A stretch of 64,000 nt of DNA. Origin: the human T2T-CHM13v2.0 reference genome, Homo sapiens. Made by a program: the position numbers and the translations under genes. The stretch is taken from positions 17,920,001 through 17,984,000 of the forward strand of contig CP086569.2 in the NCBI GenBank assembly GCA_009914755.4. The letters run 5' to 3'. Positions 37,804 to 53,469 of this stretch are shown piece by piece (position 1 is the first letter of the stretch; every line of letters begins with the position of its first letter). The notes below the pieces were generated by a model, which was not told where the DNA came from, made no database searches, and was given only the letters and a program-made list of their open reading frames with translations.

Positions 37804-40610
37804 ATATCAATACATAAATAATTAAATAAGAACAAGTCAGAACAAAATCACTGATATAATTTTTGTTGATAATTTATGGGGAAGACTGTCATGTAGTTAC
37901 TTTTACTTTATAATAAATTGATACTTTTTCTTCCGAAGTGTGGTAGAGATTTTTAGTTACACTCAAGGGTTTATGCCATTTGGGCATACTGACTTCCTTT
38001 CAAAAGCAGCCTTATGTGTTACCATATGAAATGGATATTTCTAGGTTCCTTGAGGGAGTTCACCTAAGATTTTCCCCTAGATATACAATACTGACTAGAT
38101 TTTTCCGCCTGTACAACACTTCATCTACATGAAATAGGTTAAGCCTTTATGGAAAATTTGAATTAGTAAAGGTTTAAAATGTTCATGAATTCATGAATGT
38201 TCCATGACCACACACCTAAAAAAAATAGAAGAAAAGAAAATAAAACACAGAAGTGTTTTAATTGAAGACAGTTGAATTGGAGTATCATTTACTGACATAA
38301 AGTAGGTGATGTTGGAAAGGCATGGCATTTCCTGGGAAGGCAAGTGACAATTGGGTTTACTGAATAAAACGGCTTCTGGGTTGATGCTGGATTGAGGCTT
38401 ATCTGTCAGCTTTGTTCTTTCTCTATACGTACTGTCTAGAGAGCACAAAATCAGGACCTGCCAAAACATACTGCAGAGCAGAGATGTCTCTCTGAGCCTA
38501 AGTTTTCAGGGGGTCCTCAGAGAGAGCTGATTGAATGGCATTCTTCTTGTTAGAAGGTGAGGGCTGAGGTAACAAGCGGGCAGGACAATTTGAGATGGAA
38601 GAAGAGGAAGAAAAAGTCTCTTTACCTCCAGTGTCAGCCTCCACATCCCTAGAGGTGCAGAGGAGTCTGTTTCTTGATCATAAGCAGGTCTAGATGGGAG
38701 GCCAAAAGAAAGTTGAAATCTGGGACAATTTCCAAAGGTAAAAGGAACTAAAGCTCAAACTAATGTCTCTATTGGGAAGGACTTACAGAAGGTGTTATAT
38801 CTAGAGTAGATCGACTTCAGAAAGTGGTTGAGAATAAACTAAAAATAAATGGTTTCCCCAACCAGTTACTACCAAGACGGAAGATCAGATGCGTACACAG
38901 AATAAGACACAAAAACTATGAGAATAAAAATATTTGGCATAGATATTATATGCTTAAAAAGGAAAAAAAAGAACAGCCTCAGGGAAAGTCTCAGTCTGTT
39001 TTGTGTCTGAAACCTTTCAGTTGCAGCTTCAGTTCTTATATCTAGAAGAGTATCGAATATGAAAGATGGTGCTTTGTTTTGTTTTGTTTTGCTTACCTCG
39101 AAAGTCAATATAAAGGTGTTTGGGAATTTTTTGTATAGGCTTACAACCTTTCTTTGTTTACTGGAGTTTCATGTCTTTGCAGGTGATGAAAGTATGTGCT
39201 CACACGTGGGTATTCAGTTCCATTCAAAGTTTCATCTCCTCTAATGCTATCGTGCCAACATCAATGTCCACCCCATAGACACCTATCACAGAAACTTGAG
39301 TCTGCCTCTGGCCAGTGCTGAGGCACAAACAGCTTTATGAGCAATTGACACTCCACAGAGGACTCACCCTTTGACATGATGAAGCAGGATATTTACTACC
39401 ACTTGGTAAACACATGTTTCTGCAAGGAAGGTCTATCATTTAAAAAATATCTTTCCACATTTTCGTTTCCCTGCACCTACTTTTAGAGTTTAAGTCCAGG
39501 AGAAATACAGTCTCAATGCCTGAGGTTAAAAATGGACAGTATTTAATCCTTGAAAACAATGTACATTGACTCATTCCTAGGGTTCACTTCATGGTGTGTC
39601 TCTTGCATCCAGGCATTGTTTTCTGAAACAATCTTTGCATGTCTGTTGCTATCTGTAATGCAAACTCCACTCTGGGACCTGATGGCACTTATTCAAATGC
39701 AAATTGCCACAAACTGCTTCCATCTTAAACTTATTCTAAGAAAGACAGCCCTAGCTTGAATAGAACATGAGAAGCCCAGTGATGACTACAGGGATCTTTG
39801 TTTCTCTGCAGCTACTTTCCTTTTTCACCTGCTTTCTTTTGGGTTCTCTGACATTCCTTGCACATCTCCTAGGCCTTTGCTATGCCTGGTGGCTCCCATT
39901 CATCCTTTTGATGCCTGCTTAGCCAAACTAGAGCAATTCACTCTGTTTGCTCACTCTCTTTTCCTCATCCACAGCAACTTGCATTTCAGATACCTCCCAC
40001 TAATTTCCTTTTAATTTCAACCTCTTGCTCCATTTCAAATCCCTGTCTGCCCTATCAGCTTCCAAGCTCCTTGAGTCTCGTTTTGTTTAGTTATTTGTCA
40101 TTTTTTCGAGTCAGACTGCCTGCATGTGTCTCTCCCACTATGAACAGTCCATGTAGTTCTGAGACATTACTTAATATTTTATGCCTCACTCTTCCATCTG
40201 TAAAATGGGGAGAGTACACCAATTGATTTATAAGATGAGGATTCAGCAGAATGATTCTGGAAAGTTGCTCGACACCTTGGCCTACTATGGATATTAACCA
40301 ATGTAATCCCAGTCCTACAACCAGATATTGAGGGGTAGAGGGAAGAAATTAGTATGTAATTTTCATGGCTGTAATTGACAAACTACAAAAGCATAAAGAT
40401 GGTCTCTTAGTTCCATAGGGCTGTTACACATCAATAGAACTTTGATAGAATTATGAGGCCCCCACAGTTCCAAAGTAATGTAAGTCCTTCTGTTTTATGT
40501 GATACATGGATAATTTTAATACTTAATACAAATTTTATACATTATATTAAAATTTTAATGAATAATTAAATTAATAATTTGTATTACAAACTACAACAAA
40601 TTGGTGTCCC

Positions 40611-40862
40611 TTTTTTTTTTCTTGAAAGAGACAGCATTTTGCTCTGTTGCCCAGGCTGGAGTGCAGCAGTGCAATCACAGCTCACTGTAGTCTCAAATTC
40701 CTGGGCTCAAGTGATCCTCCAGGCTCAGCCTCATGAGTAGCTAGGGCTACAGGTGCTTGGCACCACACCTGGCTAATTTTTATTTACGTAAAGAAGGGGT
40801 CTCACACCTGGATAATTTTTCTGTGTATAAAGAAGGGGTCTCACTATGTTGCTCAGGCTGAT
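40611..40862 (-). mobile_element. Alu SINE, truncated, with a short internal tandem duplication
   Basis: T11 then CTTGAAAGAGACAGCATTTTGCTCTGTTGCCCAGGCTGGAGTGCAGCAGTGCAATCACAGCTCACTGTAGTCTCAAATTCCTGGGCTCAAGTGATCC. The segment ACACCTGGCTAATTTTTATTTACGTAAAGAAGGGGTCTCAC is repeated as ACACCTGGATAATTTTTCTGTGTATAAAGAAGGGGTCTCAC. Confidence 0.7.
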
Positions 40863-42016
40863 GTCTCTCTTTTCAATAGTGAATAAGAATTCAATGAATA
40901 ATGATAAAACTATTTCGTGATTGACCTCATTTTTAATCAGCTGTTTCTATTATCAGCACTATTGCTCCATCTTCCAAAGATAGTTATTTCAAGAAATATT
41001 ATTTTCGGTAAGCTTTAATGCTTGATGTGTTTTGTTTTAACAGGTTTTTTTGAGGCCATATGAAACAAAATAATTATATCTAATGGTCATTTTCTGCATG
41101 TTGGGACATGTAGTTAGAGTACATATGTCATCTCCAGATGCTACCAGGAATCACAAACAAAATGATGACTGTCATGATTCAACTTATGAATGTATGAAAC
41201 TTACCTTGAACTTAATGTTAAAAGGGTGTGTAATGAAGTGATATCAGTCTAACAGGTTTAGCTTCCAGTAGATCATAGATTTCAAAAAAAGACATCTTCC
41301 CAAAATAGGGTAAGTGGATACTTAAGTTGTACTTTACAGTATATTTAGATTTTTGGAGTGTTAAATTCACATTGTTCATTTGAGTATAATTTCATTCCAA
41401 CCACTCAGTCAAGAATATTCCAAATATCCACCCCAAAACCCCTAAATTAGGTATTCCTATGTGGCTGGTCTGTTGTCTCCCAACAAAGTGTATCAAAAAA
41501 CTATGAGATTCTCAATATGCTGACAGTAAAGATAAATCTGTAAGGATCCTGACTTTTAAAGTACACCAAAATTTACTTTCACCCTCTCGTGAATCAATAT
41601 CATAAAGATATAGGTACACAGAAAAAAAAAAATCCTAAGATGGAAACAGGTCCAAAGAATGACTGCATCTCTTCAGTGCTGTGTAGGAACATTAACTTAA
41701 TGGGGCAACCAATTTTGTTTTTAATTATTAAAAATGAAGGTAATTGTCTTTGACCATTTGATTATTACACTAATTAATTATTACACTATGAGAAGTCTCG
41801 CATTAACTTGTAGAAGTCTAATAAGTTGCAAATGGTTAGGGACAGGTAGGAAAATAAAATGACCTTAAAGATTATAGTTGTATTGCTCCTTAAAACTTTA
41901 ACTAGCTTTGGATGTAATTTACCCAAATGATTTCTGCATGTTTTCCCTCATTTTATGTAAATATCTGTATCTCAAAGGCTCATTTAAGTCAACTGGGTCA
42001 TTTTGGTATGTGCCTT

Positions 42017-42490
42017 GTGTGATGGTCAATATTAAATGTTGATTTGATTGGATTGAAGGATGGAAAGTATTATTCCTGAGTGTGTCTGTGAGGATGTTGC
42101 CAGAGGAGATTAACATTTGAGTCAGTGGACTGGGAGAGGAAGACCTACCGTCAATGTGGGTGTACACTCTCCAACTGGCTGCCAGTGTGGCTTGAGAAAG
42201 CAGGCAAAAGAAGGTAGGGAAGCTGATTTGCTGGGTCTTTTGTCTTTCATCTTTCTCCCATCCTAGATGCTTCCTTTCCTCAAACATCTCACTCCATGTT
42301 CAGCTTCCTGACTTTTGAGGCTTTTGGACATGGACTGAGCCATTACCGGCTTCTCTCTTCCCCAGCTTGCAGACAGCCTATTGCGGAACCACACCTTGTG
42401 ATCATGTGAGCCAATTCTTACTAATAAACTCTCTTTCATGTAGATGTAGATCCTATTGGTTCTGTTTCTCTGGAAAACCATGACTAATAT
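42017..42490 (+). mobile_element. MaLR solo LTR (MLT1-like), the second copy of this family in the window
   Basis: TGTGATGGTCAATATTAAATGTTGATTTGATTGGATTGAAGGATGGAAAGTATTATTCCTGAGTGTGTCTGTGAGGATGTTGCCAGAGGAGATTAACATTTGAGTCAGTGGACTGGGAGAGG ... CTTACTAATAAACTCTCTTTCATGTAGATGTAGATCCTATTGGTTCTGTTTCTCTGGAAAACCATGACTAATAT. It is only about 75% similar to the LTR at 20501-21030. Flanks GCCTTG on both sides. Confidence 0.65.
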
Positions 42491-42949
42491 GCCTTGTTAA
42501 TGTGTTGGGTAAATATCTGACATAAATTCTTCATGTATCTCCATGATAGTCAGGTTTTTCACTGTTTGAACACTTTATGCTTTGGCAGTGGTATAATGAT
42601 CTCCAAAAAAGAGATCCTACCATGTGGTTAAGCAAATTTATATTTTTCTTACCTGTAGTTGTTGAGTGAACTTGGGTGTGTTGTCTAATTTTTCTAAACC
42701 ACTCAGCTTGTTAGTCTCCACAATGAAGTTTGCATGGCACAATGTGATCCAAACACGACAGCATCTGGTATATAGCACACAATCCATCATATTAGGACTT
42801 GCATGTATTAGTTTACTTTAAGATAATATGGCAGAATAATGCCTGTCTCTCCTCTGTCATCATACTTCCCTGTGGATTGCTGAGCAAAGAGAAAACTGTA
42901 CTATGGTGTTCCAAAAAAGATTCATCATTTAAAGGTGGAAGAAATAAAC

Positions 42950-43742
42950 TGCTATGACACCTTTCTAAAGATGACATACACATGACCAACAAGCATTATA
43001 AAAAATGGTCAATATCACTAATCATTAGAGAAGTGCAAATCAAAATTACAGTGAAATACCATCTCCACCAATCAAAATGACTGTTATTAAAAAGTCAAAA
43101 AGCAACAGATGCTGGCAAGACTGTGGAGAAAAGGGAACATTTATACACAGCTTGTGAGAATGCAAATTAGTTCAGCCACTGTGGAAAGCAGTGTGGTGAT
43201 TCCTCAAAGAAATTAAAACAGAAGTATCATTTGACCCAGAAATCCCATTATTGGGTATATTCCCAAAGGAATATAGTTGATTCTAACATAACGACACATG
43301 CACATGTATGCTCATTGCAGCACTATTCACAATAGTAAAAACAGGGAATAAACCTACATGGCCATAAGTGGTAGACTGGACAAAGGAAATGTGGTACTTG
43401 TATATCATGGAATACTATACAGTCATAAAAAACAACAAGATAACGTCCCTTGCGGCAACATGGATGGAGCTTAAGGCCATTATCCTAAGAGAATTAACAC
43501 AGAAACAGAAAACCAAATACCACATCTTCTAATTTCCAAGTGGGAGCTAAATATTGAGAAGATGTGAACACAAAGAAAGGAACAACAGATACGCGGACAT
43601 ATATGAGAGTGGAGGGTGGGAGGAGGTACTATTACCTGGGTGACAAAATAATCTTTACATCAAACCCACATGACACACAATTTACTTTTATGACAAACTT
43701 AAATATGTACCCCTGAACCTAAAATAAAAGTTAAAAACCAAA
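42950..43742 (+). mobile_element. LINE-1 3' end (older subfamily): ORF2 C-terminal coding remnant, 3' UTR and a short A-tail
   Basis: CATTAGAGAAGTGCAAATCAAAATTACAGTGAAATACCATCTCCACCAATCAAAATGACTGTTATTAAAAAGTCAAAAAGCAACAGATGCTGGCAAGACTGTGGAGAAAAGGGAACATTTATACACAGCTTGTGAGAATGCAAATTAGTTCAGCCACTGTGGAAAGCAGTGTGGTGATTCCTCAAAGAAATTAAAACAGAAGTATCATTTGACCCAGAAATCCCATTATTGGGTATATTCCCAAAGGAATA ... ends ...CCCCTGAACCTAAAATAAAAGTTAAAAACC. Confidence 0.8.
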
Positions 43743-45095
43743 AGGAAAAAGAAGTAGCAAAGGAGGAGAGCAGAGCAGATAAAGGAAGCACAATTGATCT
43801 GGATTTTAAAGACAGTCTTACAGAAGTTGATTGATCCTCCCTGGGCAAGAGATGGCTTAACTATCCCTGCTTCTTACTATTCCTGTTCTTGACATCAATT
43901 ATTGTTGGTGTCTTTTTCCTTAGCAAAGTCCTGATGTAGCCTGGGATATCTTTGCAACCCCAGGCTCCAGGCAGCCACTCTTTGAGGTGTTCAGAGCTGA
44001 TTTGTGATGTAAGACTTCTATTCCCACCCTTTCTGTGTCTGTTCCTGCAATTTAAGAGATCACTTGCAGATATCCTCTTGATTCAACTCACACCAGAAAA
44101 CTGATCTACTTCTGAATGTGTGCTTTAATAATTTAGGAAGCTGTTACAGTCACAAACACGGATCATACAGTTGCTAAATCCAGAAAGAAATATTTGGGAT
44201 TCTATAAATCAGTGGGAAAGTCCTATGTCATATCAATTATGTAAATTGTGGAATACTCTGTGGGTATACAATAAATTGGACAATAGCTGGAAGCCTGAGA
44301 TTTAAGATTTTTTAAAAATTCCATTAAAAATAAAATGTAACAGAGGTTTTGCAAGTGGTTTTTGTTGTTTTGTTTTTTCATACTGCTGTAGTGTTTCTAT
44401 GCAGTCAAATATTTGGAGCAAAGATATGAATATGTGTAAAAATTTTAGATGCATATGTGTAAATTCCCTTCCACAAAACTGGTAATCACTTAAAATTCGA
44501 ATGTGCATGTATGTAATCTTTTACTTTCAGTTATCTTCAAAAAAATTCCACCACTTTGTAATGCTTACCAGTTTAATAGACAAATTTTGAATCTGACTAA
44601 AAGTTCTGCTTTGTAATGTACACTGACTTTTGATGTTGGTTATGTTTTTTAAACTTTCTTTGTTTGGATTTTAGTTTTTGTGACTTCTACAACTTAACAA
44701 TTTGGGGTGCTGTCTTCTTCCAAATATTTAATAAATTCTTATTCTGTCTTCTTCTAGTTGTTTCTGTGCATTGGTTTGTAATTTTACTTATTTGTACATC
44801 ATGATATCTCATTCTAAATATTTAAATCCAAATTTTCTTTCAACTCACTTGCCAAAGGCAGTGATACAATGCAATCAATTATTCCTGAAGGAGTTTTTCT
44901 CACCAAGGATGTTTCCTTCAAAGAAAGAGGAGCAGAGATTAAATCAATTGGTTACAAGGAAGATAACAAACTAGAGTGCCTTCCTCTTAACCCCTTCGGA
45001 CATCAGTGACTAATACAGAACAAAGTCTACCCAGTACTTGTTTCTGTCCTGGTTCAATCAAACAGTGGTGCCATTTTACAGAAAGTCAAACATGC

Positions 45096-45412
45096 TTTTT
45101 TTTTTTCAGGCTTCTTCCCCCCTGCCCCCATTTTCCTAGCTCTGTCACCCAGGCTAGAGTGCGGTGGTGTTATCATAGCTCACTCAGGTCTGAACTCCTG
45201 GGCTCAAGTTATCCTACCGCCAAAGCCTCCCACATAGCTGGAATCGTAGGTATGAACAACTATGCCCAACTATTTCTTTTGTATTCTTTGTAGAGATGAG
45301 ATGTCATTACATTGTCCAGGCTGGTCTAAAACAACTGGGCTTAAGCCATCCTCCTGCCTCAGTCTCCTAAAGTGTTGAGATTACATGGATGGAGACCATG
45401 CCTCGCCTCCAC
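45096..45412 (-). mobile_element. Alu SINE (old, AluJ/FAM-like)
   Basis: T11 then CAGGCTTCTTCCCCCCTGCCCCCATTTTCCTAGCTCTGTCACCCAGGCTAGAGTGCGGTGGTGTTATCATAGCTCACTCAGGTCTGAACTCCTGGGCTCAAGTTATCCTACC ... TGTTGAGATTACATGGATGGAGACCATGCCTCGCCTCC. Confidence 0.7.
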
Positions 45413-45529
45413 GCTGCTTCTTCTGTTTTTCATGAAAATTTTCTTCCCAGTTTGCTAGATGGTTCACTGTGCTGTATCTCTAAAAAAGAAATCAATTTAA
45501 GAAAATATTTGTTTAGAAAAGTAAAATAA

Positions 45530-46200
45530 TAACAGGTGTTGGTGAGTTTGTGGAGGAAGAGGAATATTCCTACTTTGTTGATAGGAAATTAGCTCAGCCA
45601 CTGTGGAAAGCAGTTTGAAGATTTCTCAAAGAGCTTAAAACACTTACCATTTGACTGAGCAATTCTATTGCTGGGCATATACCCAAATGAAAATAAGTAA
45701 TTCCACCAAAAGAGAGCAGCGCTTGTCTGTTTATCGCAGCATTATTCACAATGACAAAGACATGAAATCAACCTAGATGCCCATCAACAATCAATTGGAT
45801 TTTTAAAAATGTGATACATAGATACCATGAAATACTATGCAGCCATAAAAAAGATCATGCCCTTTACAGGAAGAAGGATGGAGTTGGAATCCATTATTCA
45901 AAGCAAACTATACCAAAATGGAAAACCAAATATCACACATTCTCACTTATAATTGGGAACTAAATATTGAGTACACGTGAACACAAAGATGGGAACAACA
46001 GACACTGGGGACTACTTGGCAGAAGGGTGAAGGGAAGCAAGGGTTAAAAATCTACGTGTTGGGTACTATGCTCAGTACCTGGGTAAAAGGATAGTTCATA
46101 CCCCAACTTCAACATCATGCAATATACACATGTAACAAAACTGTATATGTATCAGCTGAACCCAAAATAAAAATTGAAATTGTATTTAAAAAAATAAAAT
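45530..46200 (+). mobile_element. LINE-1 3' end (older subfamily): ORF2 C-terminal remnant plus 3' UTR
   Basis: AACAGGTGTTGGTGAGTTTGTGGAGGAAGAGGAATATTCCTACTTTGTTGATAGGAAATTAGCTCAGCCACTGTGGAAAGCAGTTTGAAGATTTCTCAAAGAGCTTAAAACACTTACCATTTGACTGAGCAATTCTATTGCTGGGCATATACCCAAATGAAAATAAGTAATTCC ... TTATCGCAGCATTATTCACAATGACAAAGACATGAAATCAACCTAGATGCCCATCAACAATC ... AAAATGGAAAACCAAATATCACACATTCTCACTTATAATTGGGAACTAAATATTGAGTACACGTGAACACAAAGATGGGAACAACAGACACTGGGGACTACTTGGCAGAAGGGTGAAGGGAAGC ... ends on an A-rich tail near 46195. Confidence 0.8.
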
Positions 46201-46637
46201 AGATGTTTTCAGACTTAGTGACAGTAAAAGAAGATCACGACTTCTAGTAATGAAAGTGGAGCAACATTATAAGTCTAATCCAGTGGGAATATGAAGTATT
46301 CATGTATTGCATATGATTCTCTTGTCCAACAATTAATGTTTGGAAAGAGGTCACTTGACATCCCTTATTGTTTTAGAAATTGTATTTTTTAGTGCAAATG
46401 AAAGCACTTCAAAAATGATGTGGTATAATATGAAGTAAATGAATATAGACATTATTACCATCACCTGGCACTGAGAGGAAGGAACCCTCCAGTAGAGAGG
46501 AATGGTCTAGGAGAGCTTGGTTTCATTGGTAAGATGCATACTGTGGAGTGACATGAAATTTACTACGGCTCTCTACAAACAAATAAGATTTTCTCTTTCC
46601 TAAATGTCTTGTTCCACCCTTTTCCTGCAATCTGAAC

Positions 46638-46968
46638 AGCTAAGCAAAGTCTCCCTTCTTTGTTAAATATTGTTGTTGTTAATTTTTGGATAAAACTTCA
46701 TGGATCATCATTTACTACTGTTATAGGAAGTAACTTGTACATGATTGGGTATGGATGCTTATGTATATATTATATATTAAGTTTAAATTTGGGTATAAAT
46801 AGAGCTAAGCAGTCTCCTTTCTTTGTTATATATTGTCATAATTTTTGGATAAATCTTCATGGATCATCATTTACTACTGTTATAGGAAGATACTTGTACA
46901 TGATTGTGTATGGATGCTCATGAAATATTATATATAAAGTTTAAATTTGGATATAAATACAAATATGC
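46638..46968. repeat. Local tandem duplication, 2 copies of about 165 bp at about 90% identity
   Basis: Copy 1 AGCTAAGCAAAGTCTCCCTTCTTTGTTAAATATTGTTGTTGTTAATTTTTGGATAAAACTTCATGGATCATCATTTACTACTGTTATAGGAAGTAACTTGTACATGATTGGGTATGGATGCTTATGTATATATTATATATTAAGTTTAAATTTGGGTATAAAT. Copy 2 AGAGCTAAGCAGTCTCCTTTCTTTGTTATATATTGTCATAATTTTTGGATAAATCTTCATGGATCATCATTTACTACTGTTATAGGAAGATACTTGTACATGATTGTGTATGGATGCTCATGAAATATTATATATAAAGTTTAAATTTGGATATAAAT. The ORF at 46660..46923 shows the matching repeated peptide. Confidence 0.9.
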
Positions 46969-47636
46969 ATATAAATATATATGTCCACTTCCAGACCAGT
47001 ATAGCAGACTGAATGTTGAAAAACCCTGTCTTTAAATTAGTATAAATCAAAATGTTTTTTGCATCAATTAAAATATTACATGGTTAAGCTGTGCATTTGT
47101 AAAAATAATTTACTCTTTGCATTTAAAAATTAATTTGCTCTCTCTGTTTGAATTTTTTTAACTTCATTAGTTAGGTAAATGCTTCATAGGGTAGTGGGCT
47201 GGTTGCATATGTTGTAGGAAACACAAAAATGAACGAGATAAATCCCTGACTCAGTAAGCTTATATCACAGGGCCTAAGATTTTACACATTTTGTTCTTCA
47301 ATTACATTATGCATTACAGTCATTTTAAAATATTTAAAGAATTGAAACTGCAAAATTTATTTTTAAAAATCAATTAAATATCTGCTTTCAGTTTATTCTA
47401 AATGGTCAATAATACAGTTTTTTTTTTTTTTTTTATACTTTAAGTTTTAGTGTACATGTGCACATTGTGCAGGTTAGTTACTTATGTATACATGTGCCAT
47501 GCTGGTGCGCTGCACCCACTAACGTGTCATCTATCATTAGGTATATCTCCCAATGCTATCCCTCCCCCCTACCCCGACCCCACAACAGTCCCCAGAGTGT
47601 GATATTCCCCTTCCTGTGTCCATGTGATCTCACTGT

Positions 47637-51503
<3,867 letters not shown>

Positions 51504-51539
51504 TTAGTTGATGCAGTTTCTTCCTAGTCTCGATGGTCT

Positions 51540-52556
51540 TTACATTTTGGCATGATTTTGCAGCGGCTGGTACCGGTAGTTCCTTTCCATGTTTAGCGCT
51601 TCCTTCAGGAGCTCTTTTAGGGCAGGCCTGGTGGTGACAAAATCTCTCAGCATTTGCTTGTCTATAAAGTATTTTATTTCTCCTTCACTTATGAAGCTTA
51701 GTTTGGCTGGATATGAAATTCTGGGTTGAAAATTCTTTTCTTTAAGAATGTTGAATATTGGCCCCCACTCTCTTCTGGCTTGTAGGGTTTCTGCCGAGAG
51801 ATCCGCTGTTAGTCTGATGGGCTTTCCTTTGAGGGTAACCCGACCTTTCTCTCTGGCTGCCCTTAACATTTTTTCCTTCATTTCAACTTTGGTGAATCTG
51901 ACAATTATGTGTCTTGGAGTTGCTCTTCTCGAGGAGTATCGCTGTGGCGTTCTCTGTATTTCCTGAATCTGAACGTTGGCCTGCCTTGCTAGATTGGGGA
52001 AGTTCTCCTGGATAATATCCTGCAGAGTGTTTTCCAACTTGGTTCCACTCTCCACATCACTTTCAGGTACACCAATCAGACGTAGATTTGGTCTTTTCAC
52101 ATAGTCCCATATTTCTTGGAGGCTTTGCTCATTTCTTTTTATTCTTTTTTCTCTAAACTTCCCTTCTCGCTTCATTTCATTCATTTCATCTTCCATTGCT
52201 GATACCCTTTCTTCCAGTTGATCGCATCGGCTCCTGAGGCTTCTGCATTCTTCACATAGTTCTCGAGCCTTGGTTTTCAGCTCCATCAGCTCCTTTAAGC
52301 ACTTCTCTGTATTGGTTATTCTAGTTATACATTCTTCTAAATTTTTTTCAAAGTTTTCAACTTCCTTGCCTTCGGTTTGAATGTCCTCCCGTAGCTCAGA
52401 GTAATTTGATCGTCTGAAGCCTTCTTCTCTCAGCTCGTCAAAATCATTCTCCATCCAGCTTTGTTCCGTTGCTGGTGAGGAACTGCGTTCCTTTGGAGGA
52501 GGAGAGGCGCTCTGCGTTTTAGAGTTTCCAGTTTTTCTGTTCTGTTTTTTCCCCAT
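51540..52556 (-). CDS. L1 ORF1p, intact 338-aa reading frame (RNA-binding chaperone with coiled coil, RRM and C-terminal domain)
   Basis: MGKKQNRKTGNSKTQSASPPPKERSSSPATEQSWMENDFDELREEGFRRSNYSELREDIQ...RPNLRLIGVPE...RYQPLQNHAKM. Full length, no internal stops. It differs from my remembered L1HS ORF1p at only a few residues. Confidence 0.9.
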   Translation of the reverse strand: MGKKQNRKTGNSKTQSASPPPKERSSSPATEQSWMENDFDELREEGFRRSNYSELREDIQTEGKEVENFEKNLEECITRITNTEKCLKELMELKTKARELCEECRSLRSRCDQLEERVSAMEDEMNEMKREGKFREKRIKRNEQSLQEIWDYVKRPNLRLIGVPESDVESGTKLENTLQDIIQENFPNLARQANVQIQEIQRTPQRYSSRRATPRHIIVRFTKVEMKEKMLRAAREKGRVTLKGKPIRLTADLSAETLQARREWGPIFNILKEKNFQPRISYPAKLSFISEGEIKYFIDKQMLRDFVTTRPALKELLKEALNMERNYRYQPLQNHAKM

Positions 52557-53469
52557 CTTTGTGGTTTTATCTACTTTTGGTCTTTGATAATGGTGATGTA
52601 CAGATGGGTTTTTGGTGTAGATGTCCTTTCTGGTTGTTAGTTTTCCTTCTAACAGACAGGACCCTCAGCTGCAGGTCTGTTGGAATACCCTGCCGTGTGA
52701 GGTGTCAGTGTGCCCCTGCTGGGGGGTGCCTCCCAGTTAGGCTGCTCGGGGGTCAGGCGTCAGGGACCCAATTGAGGAGGCAGTCTGCCCGTTCTCAGAT
52801 CTCCAGCTGCGTGCTGGGAGAACCACTGCTCTCTTCAAAGCTGTCAGACAGGGACACTTAAGTCTGCAGAGGTTACTGCTGTCTTTTTGTTTGTCTGTGC
52901 CCTGCCCCCAGAGGTGGAGCCTACAGAGGCAGGCAGGCCTCCTTGAGCTGTGGTGGGCTCCACCCAGTTCGAGCTTCCCGGCTGCTTTGTTTACCTAAGC
53001 AAGCCTGGGCAATGGCGGGCGCCCCTCCCCCAGCCTCGTTGCCGCCTTGCAGTTTGATCTCAGACTGCTGTGCTAGCAATCAGCGAGATTCCTTGGGCGT
53101 AGGACCCTCTGAGCCAGGTGTGGGATATAGTCTTCTGGTGCGCCGTTTTTTAAGCCGGTCTGAAAAGCGCAATATTCGGGTGGGAGTGACCCGATTTTCC
53201 AGGTGCATCCGTCACCCCTTTCTTTGACTCGGAAAGGGAACTCCCTGACCCTTGCGCTTCCCAGGTGAGGCAATGCCTCGCCCTGCTTCGGCTCACGCAC
53301 GGTGCGCGCACACACTGGCCTGCGCCCACTGTCTGGCACTCCCTAGTGAGATGAACCCGGTACCTCAGATGGAAATGCAGAAATCACCCGTCTTCTGCGT
53401 CGCTCACGCTGGGAGCTGTAGACCGGAGCTGTTCCTATTCGGCCATCTTGGCTCCTCCTCCCAGATTTT
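52557..53469 (-). promoter_or_regulatory. L1 5' UTR: internal sense promoter, plus the established antisense promoter region that reads toward higher coordinates
   Basis: Reverse complement of the L1 5' UTR, GGGAGGAGGAGCCAAGATGGCCGAATAGGAACAGCTCCGG ... through ...CAAAGACCAAAAGTAGATAAAACCACAAAG immediately upstream of the ORF1 ATG. The length and sequence are those of L1PA1-3 5' UTRs. Confidence 0.75.
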
